Part shown: positions 27,799 to 35,824 of the stretch, piece after piece
Layout: every line of letters begins with the position of its first letter
Numbering within the stretch: the first letter of the stretch is position 1
NCBI GenBank assembly: GCA_964648485.1
Contig: CAZYOF010000017.1
Span: forward strand, 3,744 to 67,743
DNA from: an uncultured Leptolinea sp.
Lineage (GTDB): Bacteria > Chloroflexota > Anaerolineae > Anaerolineales > Anaerolineaceae
Length of the DNA: 64,000 bases
Direction of reading: 5' to 3'
Notes under the pieces: generated by a model
The model's input: the letters and a program-made list of their open reading frames with translations, nothing else
The model's database searches: none
What the model was told of the DNA's origin: nothing
Program-made: the position numbers and the translations under genes

Positions 27799-28023
27799 GT
27801 CATTCTGCCTTGCCCTGGCGGGCTAGGCCAGGGAGCGCAGCGAAGAATCTCTACCAATGTTTAACTTAATGATTCATCACATCATGCCAGACCACAATAC
27901 GAAGTAGAGATGCTTCACGTTGTTCAGCATGACAAACTGGGGTTAATAAATATATCCTGTTTTTTTACTGTCAACCTACCTCAGTCTATCATTCTGCCTT
28001 GCCCTATTGGGTATAAGCCAGGC
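27799..28023. repeat. Cluster of REP/MITE-like intergenic repeats
   Basis: A 17-nt identical core tcattctgccttgccct occurs at 27800-27816 and 27989-28005. An imperfect 30-nt inverted repeat pairs 27799-27854 (with a 26-nt insertion) against 27904-27933. An internal 7-bp hairpin is ccctggc/gccaggg. Confidence 0.65.
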
Positions 28024-28031
28024 TTAAATTT

Positions 28032-28784
28032 CTATCTATACTCCGCATCCCAGGGGGTGCGGCTGGTAATGATGAGGAGATAATCTGTCTCATCAATATC
28101 CACCATAAGTTCGTACGGGGTGTGTTTACCCACCAACTTCACAAATCCATCGTCTGTCAACACCGTGACTGAGAAAGCATCTCTATCTTCAGTAGAAAAT
28201 TTCACCGTCCCCGGACCTCCGCGCAAAAATACAATATCACTCCCCATCCCCGTATAAGAAAAACCCAGGGTTAGAATATGCGAATCCAAAACATGACCCA
28301 GTGGGATAATATCCATAGTCCATAACCCATCGGTATCTACATCAACGTATTGATAAATTTGATCCAGCATAAATAATGGGACGTACGCATCATACAACCC
28401 GATGTCATCCATGATCACACCGAGCTGATTATTGTCTTCATCCAGTGCGGTGATTGTAAAGTACGTGGCACCCGCGGTGGCGATCCTCGCCACGGGCAGA
28501 TACTCAAAGCAATTCAGGTCCAATTCAAAAGTTGAGCCGCCATCTCCGGCGAAGACCAGGTATTCTTCTACATACTGCGGATCGCAAGAGCCCTCCGGTG
28601 TAGGTTGCATGGTAGGTAAAACCGTAGGCGTAACCACGGGCAGATGTGTGGACGTGGGCACCCAGGGCAGATTCACCTCGGGCGGGGATGACACGGTTTG
28701 TACCAAACGCGTAAGGTTTTCTGCCGAAAAGCAAGACAGGCATAAAAAGCTGACAAACATGGATAGCGCCAATAATCTTTTCAT
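28032..28784 (-). CDS. Secreted protein or lipoprotein of unknown function
   Basis: N-terminal signal peptide MKRLLALSMFVSFLCLSCFS. No recognisable catalytic motif. Confidence 0.5.
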   Translation of the reverse strand: MKRLLALSMFVSFLCLSCFSAENLTRLVQTVSSPPEVNLPWVPTSTHLPVVTPTVLPTMQPTPEGSCDPQYVEEYLVFAGDGGSTFELDLNCFEYLPVARIATAGATYFTITALDEDNNQLGVIMDDIGLYDAYVPLFMLDQIYQYVDVDTDGLWTMDIIPLGHVLDSHILTLGFSYTGMGSDIVFLRGGPGTVKFSTEDRDAFSVTVLTDDGFVKLVGKHTPYELMVDIDETDYLLIITSRTPWDAEYR

Positions 28785-28858
28785 CGTTCCCCTCTACATC
28801 CTATTATAGGCAGTTCACCAAATTTATTCACTGTTTTGCAAGCCCAATTTGCATGGAA

Positions 28859-29353
28859 TCAACCTTTCACCCCCCTGCGTTTCTCCTCCTGCATCATTAG
28901 CGCCATATTCTTATAAAACAGCAGCCCCACGATCATATCATTCCAATTACGAAAGAGATGATTGAGCGGCATGAGGAAAGGCTTGCCGTAGTCTCGCTGC
29001 TGGTAGAGCTTGCCCGATGCCCACAGCTTCCACAGATCCACACCCGTGCGGTCGCGCAGATCGGTGAAAAGGGCATCGAGGATGGCTTCCCACACGCCCG
29101 CTTTCACCCAGCCGGTGTAGCGCCTGAAACAGGTGGTGTAGGGTGGATAGCCCTCGGGCAGCTCCATCCACTGGATGTCACGCAGGATGACATAGAGGAT
29201 GCCCTCGAGCACATCGCGGTCGTTGGCGGGTTTGCGCCCCACCGTGCCCTCTGCCCGCGGGGGGATGACCCCCTGCACGAGCTGCCAGCGCCGGTCGTTG
29301 AGGAAGGTGGTTTTACGCTGCATGGTATTTAGTAATGAAATGAAATTTTGCAA
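28859..29353 (-). mobile_element. IS5/IS4-family transposase N-terminal (DUF4096-like) domain gene with no DDE domain following; probable IS remnant
   Basis: LNDRRWQLVQGVIPP...GRKPANDRDVLEGILYVILRDIQWMELP..YPPYTTCFRRYTGWVKAGVWEAIL matches the typical IS5-group OrfA N-terminal pattern. It sits exactly at the high-GC to low-GC transition. Confidence 0.55.
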
Positions 29354-29387
29354 TTTTTGCGATCAAATGTGCGAAGTATGGTTTCAT

Positions 29388-29419
29388 ACCCCCAGTTTAC
29401 GCACAAAATGGGGGTTTTT
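29388..29419 (+). terminator. Terminator-like hairpin at the left edge of the defense island
   Basis: accccca-N14-tgggggt followed by ttttt. No plus-strand gene lies directly upstream, so its function is uncertain. Confidence 0.3.
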
Positions 29420-29641
29420 CTACCTGTCACGTGTGACAATTGTTTTGAAAATAAATAGGTGAATTTTTCAGGAATTATGAGGTAATTAGATAAGGCACAC
29501 AAACCAATATGAAAAAATGGAGTGACCTAAACTGCCAATAATTTCATTAATTACTGAATTTGCAGGATGTAAATTTCTTTGCACTCACTATTTGAAAAAA
29601 TGAAAGCTTGTATAATTAAATACTAATACGAGGAGGGTAAA

Positions 29642-30715
29642 ATGCCGATTGAAATTGGAATTTGGCGTATTGAAGATAAGTTAGCCAAAGTCGAATACAT
29701 ACCAATTGAAAATGAAAAAAAACTCGAACAGATCATAATAAAAAATATCCAGATTATCGATAAAGATCTGTTAGTTATTGGTAACCAAATCACCACCGCG
29801 TATGGAAATAAACTAGATATTCTAGCAATTAATAAGAATGCTGAGTTAGTACTAATAGAATTAAAGCGAAATAAGACACCTCGCGATGTTGTAGCCCAAT
29901 TACTTGATTATGCGACCTGGGTTGAGCACCTAAGTTATGATGACGTTAATGCGTTCTATGAAGAAAATCACCCAACAAAAAAACTAGAGCAAGCATTTAA
30001 TGAACATTTTGAGCTTGATATCCCAGATGAATTCAATGAAACCCATAAGTTAATTATTGTCTCTTCAGAATTAGATAACAGTACAGAAAGAATAATTCAT
30101 TATCTATCAGACAATGGTATAGCGATTAATGCAATATTCTTTAAATTTTTCAAAGAAAATGATAAAGAGTACATCACAAGAAGTTGGTTAATCGACCCAT
30201 TCACAACTGATGAAAATGTAAAGAAAACAACAAAAAGATCAAAAAACCTATTTTGGAATGGCAGAGATTGGTATGTGTCTCTTGGTGTAGATGAAAGCCG
30301 CAACTGGGATGATTGTAAAAAATATGGGTTTATATCGGCTGGAGGTGGTAAATGGTACAGTAATACTTTGGCTTTATTACCACTTGAAGCAAGGGTATTT
30401 GTTTGCATACCGAAAGTTGGATATGTAGGTGTCGGTATTGTAAAAAAACAAGCTGTGCCAGTAAAAGAATTCCTTGTTGAGATTGATGAGAAGGAGAGGC
30501 CAATTCTTGAAGCAGAATTAAAAGCAACAAAAATGGGCGAATTTGCAGATGATTTGGAAAAATCTGAGTATTTGGTTGGTGTTGAATGGCTAAAGACTGT
30601 ACCGATAACCAAAGCTATTTGGGAAAAAGGTATGTTTGCCAACCAGAATTCTGCATGTAAACTGCGGAATAGCTTCACGATTGAGCGTTTAACCAAGATC
30701 TTCGAATTAGAATAA
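29642..30715 (+). CDS. NucS-like PD-(D/E)xK nuclease domain fused to an unassigned C-terminal domain (candidate modification-dependent or type IV-like restriction protein)
   Basis: N-terminal [38 protein letters not shown] matches the D..ExK..Q..Y core of NucS-like nucleases. The C-terminal 150 aa ([23 protein letters not shown]...[16 protein letters not shown]) is unassigned. TATAAT lies at 29611-29616 and AGGAGGG 5 nt before the ATG. The line 29701-29760 counts at about 25% G+C. Confidence 0.6.
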   Translation: MPIEIGIWRIEDKLAKVEYIPIENEKKLEQIIIKNIQIIDKDLLVIGNQITTAYGNKLDILAINKNAELVLIELKRNKTPRDVVAQLLDYATWVEHLSYDDVNAFYEENHPTKKLEQAFNEHFELDIPDEFNETHKLIIVSSELDNSTERIIHYLSDNGIAINAIFFKFFKENDKEYITRSWLIDPFTTDENVKKTTKRSKNLFWNGRDWYVSLGVDESRNWDDCKKYGFISAGGGKWYSNTLALLPLEARVFVCIPKVGYVGVGIVKKQAVPVKEFLVEIDEKERPILEAELKATKMGEFADDLEKSEYLVGVEWLKTVPITKAIWEKGMFANQNSACKLRNSFTIERLTKIFELE

Positions 30716-30735
30716 AGAAATGCCAGGATAAACAC

Positions 30736-32262
30736 ATGACAGATAATTCAAACGAACTTGAAAAAACACTATGGGCAGCCGCAGATAAAATGCGCTCGAA
30801 TATGGACGCAGCTGAATATAAACACGTCGTATTAGGATTGATTTTTCTCAAATACATTTCTGATGCATTCAACGATTTGTACCAAAAGCTCGCAGAGAAC
30901 AAAGGCGAATATGAGGGCTCTGATCCTGAAGACCCAGATGAGTACCTGGCTAACAATGTCTTTTTCGTACCTGAAAAAGCGCGCTGGCAATACCTGCAGG
31001 ACCGCGCCAAACAGCCAGAAATCGGCAAATATCTTGATGACGCCATGGATGCCATCGAACGGATTAACCCGCCGCTCAAGGGTGTGCTTCCCAAAATTTA
31101 TGCAGACCCAGAGTTAAACAAGCCGCGGTTGGGGGAATTAATTGATTTAATTGGCACAATCGGTTTTCGCCAGGATGCGCACGCGTCCCAGGACCTGCTG
31201 GGGCGTGTCTATGAATATTTCTTAGGCCAATTTGCCGACGCCGAAGGGAAAAAAGGCGGACAATTTTACACCCCTGCCAGTATTGTTAAACTACTTGTCG
31301 AGATGATTGAACCTTTTAACGGCCGTGTCTATGACGGCTGCTGCGGCAGCGGCGGTATGTTTGTTCAGAGTGAAAAGTTTGTCCGTAACCACCAGGGGAA
31401 CATCAAAGACCTGTCGATCTTTGGACAAGAGTCCAACCCCACCACCCTGCGGCTGGCGCGCATGAACCTGGCTATTCGCGGGATCGACGCCAAACTGGAA
31501 CTAGGCGATACCTTCCTCAATGACCGCCATCCAGACCTCAAAGCGGATTTCATTCTAGCTAACCCGCCTTTCAATGTGAGTGATTGGAGCGGCGAGCAGC
31601 TGCGCGATGACATTCGTTGGAAGTACGGACTGCCGCCAGTCGGTAACGCCAATTATGCCTGGCTGCAGCATTTTATCCATAAACTCAGCCCCACGGGTAC
31701 CGCCGGAATTGTGCTCGCAAACGGAAGTATGAACAGCAACACTGGCGGTGAAGGCGAGATTCGCAAGAATATGATCGAAGCTAACATAGTGGACTGCATG
31801 GTTGCCCTGCCTGCCCAGCTTTTTTATAATACGATGATCCCTGCCTGTCTATGGTTCCTGGCTAGAGACAGGACGAATCATAAATTTCGCAACCGTTCCA
31901 ACGAGCTATTATTCATTGATGCCCGCAAACTGGGATCGATGATTAATCGCCGCAACAAAGAGTTTGCACCCGAAGATATCTCCAAAATCGCTGGCACCTA
32001 CCACGCCTGGCGCGGCGAGGGCGGTGTGTATGAAGACCAGCCCGGTTTTTGCAAAGCGGCAACCATGGATGAAGTTCGCGCTAACAATTACGTACTGATG
32101 CCCGGGCGATATGTGGGCACGGAAGAAGCCGAAGATGACGGCATCCCGTTTGAAGACAAAATGAATGCGCTGACGGCTCAACTGGCTGAACAGTTCGCCC
32201 GTGGAAATGAACTACAGCAACGGATTCGCGAGAATTTGAAAGGGATCGGTTATGAATTCTGA
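30736..32262 (+). CDS. hsdM: Type I restriction-modification system, DNA methyltransferase subunit (N6-adenine)
   Basis: HsdM N-terminal domain ([32 protein letters not shown]), AdoMet motif [10 protein letters not shown] and catalytic NPPF. Confidence 0.95.
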   Translation: MTDNSNELEKTLWAAADKMRSNMDAAEYKHVVLGLIFLKYISDAFNDLYQKLAENKGEYEGSDPEDPDEYLANNVFFVPEKARWQYLQDRAKQPEIGKYLDDAMDAIERINPPLKGVLPKIYADPELNKPRLGELIDLIGTIGFRQDAHASQDLLGRVYEYFLGQFADAEGKKGGQFYTPASIVKLLVEMIEPFNGRVYDGCCGSGGMFVQSEKFVRNHQGNIKDLSIFGQESNPTTLRLARMNLAIRGIDAKLELGDTFLNDRHPDLKADFILANPPFNVSDWSGEQLRDDIRWKYGLPPVGNANYAWLQHFIHKLSPTGTAGIVLANGSMNSNTGGEGEIRKNMIEANIVDCMVALPAQLFYNTMIPACLWFLARDRTNHKFRNRSNELLFIDARKLGSMINRRNKEFAPEDISKIAGTYHAWRGEGGVYEDQPGFCKAATMDEVRANNYVLMPGRYVGTEEAEDDGIPFEDKMNALTAQLAEQFARGNELQQRIRENLKGIGYEF

Positions 32263-33376
32263 AGTAAAACTTCTTCCGCCAGCCAGGTTGGAAGAAACCA
32301 AACCCATCTTAAAAAAACTGGCATCCGCACACCGTTACCTGGCAGAGTTAAAGGGTGTAGCTGCATCGATCCCCAACCAAACCATCCTGATTAACACGCT
32401 CGCGCTGCAGGAAGCCAAAGACAGTTCTGCGATTGAGAATATCATTACTACACATGATGCTCTGTATAAGGAGCAGTTATTCAGCGATGTGATTAGCGAC
32501 GCCGCTGCAAAGGAAGTCAGCCTTTACGCGGAAGCGCTCAAACATGGTTTTGATCTGGCTACGAAAAATCACATGCTCACACTAAACCATGTTGTCGAAA
32601 TCCAGAAACGGCTGGAACAGAATGACGCCGGCATACGCAAAATTCCAGGCACGGTACTGGTCAACCCGGCTAGTGGATCGGTTATTTATACACCTCCTCA
32701 GGAGTATCAGACCATTCTGAGATTAATGGATAATCTGATGGCGTATATCAATAACCAAGAAATGCATGATGTGGACCCCTTAATCAAAATGGCGGTTATT
32801 CACTACCAGTTTGAAACCATCCATCCCTTTTATGACGGCAATGGACGCACCGGCAGGATCATTAATTTGCTTTACTTGGTCATGGAAGGGTTATTAACCT
32901 TACCAGTTTTATACCTCAGCCGCTACATCATTCGCAACAAAGGCGAATATTACCGTCAGCTGCAAAGCGTGCGGGACACTGACGAATGGGAACCCTGGAT
33001 ATTGTACATGCTAGAAGCAGTGGAACAAACCTCACAGCAAACCATTCTGCTGGTGAACGGCATTAAAGACCTGATGATGGATTACAAACACCGTATCCGC
33101 AGTGGGTATCCCCGGCTTTACAGCCAGGATCTGATCAACAACTTATTCAGGCATCCTTACACCAAGATCGAATTCTTAATGCGAGATTTGAACATCAGCC
33201 GGCTGACAGCTGCCAAATACCTGGACACGCTGGCAGCGGATGGTTTTCTGGTCAAAGAGAAAATTTGGCGCAGCAATTACTATGTCAACCTCCCGTTATT
33301 TAACCTGCTAAAAGGAGATAACGGGCCGGTCGATACAGAACCGGTTGTCCTCACCCGCCGTATGGATCAGGTATAA
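32252..33376 (+). CDS. Fic/DOC-family protein (Fic_N, Fic and a C-terminal wHTH-like domain) embedded in the R-M operon
   Basis: Canonical Fic motif [12 protein letters not shown]. The N-terminal inhibitory-helix motif SSAIEN fits [ST]xxxE[GN]. The start overlaps the hsdM stop by 11 nt. Confidence 0.9.
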   Translation: MNSEVKLLPPARLEETKPILKKLASAHRYLAELKGVAASIPNQTILINTLALQEAKDSSAIENIITTHDALYKEQLFSDVISDAAAKEVSLYAEALKHGFDLATKNHMLTLNHVVEIQKRLEQNDAGIRKIPGTVLVNPASGSVIYTPPQEYQTILRLMDNLMAYINNQEMHDVDPLIKMAVIHYQFETIHPFYDGNGRTGRIINLLYLVMEGLLTLPVLYLSRYIIRNKGEYYRQLQSVRDTDEWEPWILYMLEAVEQTSQQTILLVNGIKDLMMDYKHRIRSGYPRLYSQDLINNLFRHPYTKIEFLMRDLNISRLTAAKYLDTLAADGFLVKEKIWRSNYYVNLPLFNLLKGDNGPVDTEPVVLTRRMDQV

Positions 33377-33530
33377 AAACAGATGAAAAGTAAACACGAT
33401 CAATTTGTCATGCATAAAATAGCAAAAAATTTATACATGAAACAAATGTCATGCATAAATCCAGTAATGACCTTTAAGTTAGAAGATAATCAAGAGAAGT
33501 CCATTCACCAGAAATTTGGGGGTATGAGTT

Positions 33531-34778
33531 ATGAGTTCTAATGAATGGAGAAAATATAAATTAGAGGAAATTGCTGAGATTATTGGAGGCGGTACTCCAT
33601 CAACAACAAATCCAGATTTTTGGGGCGAAGAGATACCTTGGGTAACTCCTCGCGATTTAGCCAGTACTGATGAACGTTTTATCTCATGCGGGGAAAGGAA
33701 TATTACAAAAAAGGGTCTACAAAACTCAAGTGCACGGTTGCTACCCGCAGGAACAGTTTTACTGACAACACGAGCCCCAATAGGTTATTTGAGAATTGCA
33801 TTGAATCCAATTTGCACAAACCAAGGATTTAAAAGTCTAATTCCAAAAGCAGATATTGCTGATAACCAATTTCTTTTCTATTTGCTTAAAAACAATGTTG
33901 AGTATTTAAAATCGGTTGGCGTAGGAACCACATTTGCTGAAATATCTGGAAGTGCACTACGGCAAATTGAATTTCAATTTCCTCCCCTCCCCACACAACG
34001 CCGCATCGCCGAAATCCTCTCCGCGCTGGATGACAAGATCGAACTCAACCGCCAGACCAATGCCACCCTGGAAGCCATCGCCCAGGCCATTTTCAAGGAG
34101 TGGTTTATCAATTTCAACTTCCCCGGTTCAACCGGTGAGATGGTCGAGAGTGAACTGGGGATGATTCCCAAGGGGTGGAGAGTGGGGAAGCTGGGAGATG
34201 TATGCAAGTTGATTAAAGGCGTATCTTATAAAAGTAGCGAGTTACAACATTCGGATTCAGCTCTTGTAACTTTAAAATCCATAAATCGTGGAGGTGGGTT
34301 TAATAATGATGGATTTAAAGAATATTTAGGTACTTTTAAAACCTCACAGTGCCTAAAAGAAGGGGATTTGATTTTTGCACAAACTGATATAACTCAGAAT
34401 GCGGATGTTGTCGGTAGCCCTGCAATAGTAGAAAATCCCTTTAATTATAAAAATCTTGTCGCTTCTCTTGATATTGTCAAATGCGAACCCACAAACGAAA
34501 TGCCTAGTAGCGGCACACTTTATTATTTTTTACAACGCCAAGAATTTAAAGATTACTGTTTGAGTCAAACAAATGGTTCGACTGTCTTACATTTGCGTAG
34601 CTCAGAAGTCCCGAATTATTTGATGATCATACCCTATTCAAGTATTTTAAGAGAATTCAATTCTACAATAACTCCTATCAGGCAAATTATCCTAGAAAAT
34701 AATCAGCAGAATCAAATTTTACGAGAAATTCGTGATGAATTATTGCCCAAATTGATGAATGGGGAAATTGAGGTATGA
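33531..34778 (+). CDS. hsdS: Type I restriction-modification system, specificity subunit (two target-recognition domains)
   Basis: Typical TRD start EIAEIIGGGTPST..P.FWGEEIPWVTPRDL, central conserved region PPLPTQRRIAEILSALDDKIELN and distal conserved helix [20 protein letters not shown]. Confidence 0.95.
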   Translation: MSSNEWRKYKLEEIAEIIGGGTPSTTNPDFWGEEIPWVTPRDLASTDERFISCGERNITKKGLQNSSARLLPAGTVLLTTRAPIGYLRIALNPICTNQGFKSLIPKADIADNQFLFYLLKNNVEYLKSVGVGTTFAEISGSALRQIEFQFPPLPTQRRIAEILSALDDKIELNRQTNATLEAIAQAIFKEWFINFNFPGSTGEMVESELGMIPKGWRVGKLGDVCKLIKGVSYKSSELQHSDSALVTLKSINRGGGFNNDGFKEYLGTFKTSQCLKEGDLIFAQTDITQNADVVGSPAIVENPFNYKNLVASLDIVKCEPTNEMPSSGTLYYFLQRQEFKDYCLSQTNGSTVLHLRSSEVPNYLMIIPYSSILREFNSTITPIRQIILENNQQNQILREIRDELLPKLMNGEIEV

Positions 34779-35824
34779 GCGGATTTAAATATGAGGATGA
34801 CAATTGTAGGCGATTTAATGACTCCCTCGATGAAGAAGGTCTGGTATACATCGCGGGGATTGAATTTCAAAGAAGCCGCATCCTCTATGAATTGGCAACC
34901 ACTACATATATTGATGCGTATAACGAGTTTCAAGAACAGGAATTTCAAGAGTTAAAGCAGACTGTTTTTGATTCATATCCAGCCTGTGTCGCCTATAATT
35001 TTCGGCTATCTGAAAGGGGGGAAGGCGCAAACGATCCTGTACGAAAGCTCTTGCATTTGAAGGATTCCTGGGAAGCAATCGTTTTCGTTTTATATGCTTT
35101 GGTTATGGGGGAAGTGAGATTTAGAAATATTGACATGAAGACATCACAAATATTCGTTTCACTAGGAACTGGAGGAAACCCTGTTTACGCCAATTTCAAT
35201 ACAGACAGGATCCTTTCAGATGCTATCAAACAAAAAGTTCAAAACATTAAAGCCATAATTCTCCATTGTAAAAACAATCATCTGGGATTCAAATGCGAAG
35301 AAATCGATGAGACTTTGCTAGATGACCTGTTGGATTTGCAGGATATTCGCAACGATATTTCACACCATACAGCTCCAACGCGTGAACAGGCAGAGGCTGA
35401 ACTTGCTTTAGTGATCCCATTGTTTCAAAAAATGTTGACGAAAACAAAGTTTTTGGAACGCTGCAATATTCTTCGATTTGATAGTTACTCATCATCTTGT
35501 CGATGTGAATCCTTCAATGGACATTCCCTCAACCGGGAGTATGATAACTACCCATTCCATGATCCGCAAAAAACAATGGTGTTAGGCCTTGGACAGGAAC
35601 AATTGTTTGTAAACTGGGATGGGGAATGCTTTAGCCTGTCTCCTTTCCTTCATTTTGACCGCGATAATTCTGGACATGAGTCTTATTTATGCTTTTATAA
35701 AGGAAAGAAAAACAGCAAATATTGGTTTGAGCCAGTAAAAATTCGAACTGAGAAATCATTTGATTCCATTCAATCTCGTTTTGAAATAGAAAAAGACGAT
35801 CTTGTCAGACTTTTGGTGCCATGA
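34775..35824 (+). CDS. Uncharacterised 349-aa protein translationally coupled between hsdS and hsdR; candidate HEPN-like (Rx4H) effector
   Basis: ATGA overlaps at both ends (34775-34778 and 35821-35824). The motif [14 protein letters not shown] gives R-N-x3-H in a predicted helical region. No Walker A motif and no match to a family I can name. The line 35101-35160 counts at 35% G+C, against 60% in the hsdR line 36721-36780. Confidence 0.6.
   Translation: MSGFKYEDDNCRRFNDSLDEEGLVYIAGIEFQRSRILYELATTTYIDAYNEFQEQEFQELKQTVFDSYPACVAYNFRLSERGEGANDPVRKLLHLKDSWEAIVFVLYALVMGEVRFRNIDMKTSQIFVSLGTGGNPVYANFNTDRILSDAIKQKVQNIKAIILHCKNNHLGFKCEEIDETLLDDLLDLQDIRNDISHHTAPTREQAEAELALVIPLFQKMLTKTKFLERCNILRFDSYSSSCRCESFNGHSLNREYDNYPFHDPQKTMVLGLGQEQLFVNWDGECFSLSPFLHFDRDNSGHESYLCFYKGKKNSKYWFEPVKIRTEKSFDSIQSRFEIEKDDLVRLLVP

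Noticed and set aside
29424-29437. Short inverted repeat tgtcac-gt-gtgaca upstream of the defense island.
   Set aside because: Only 6-bp arms are present, which is easily a chance occurrence in 64 kb. It is about 170 nt from the first island gene's -10 element, so there is no support for an operator role.
30100-31094. Minus-strand ORFs of 211 aa and 139 aa overlapping the nuclease gene and the hsdM 5' end.
   Set aside because: The plus-strand genes have clear family motifs and ribosome-binding sites. The antisense products are Ser/Phe/Leu-rich with no signature.
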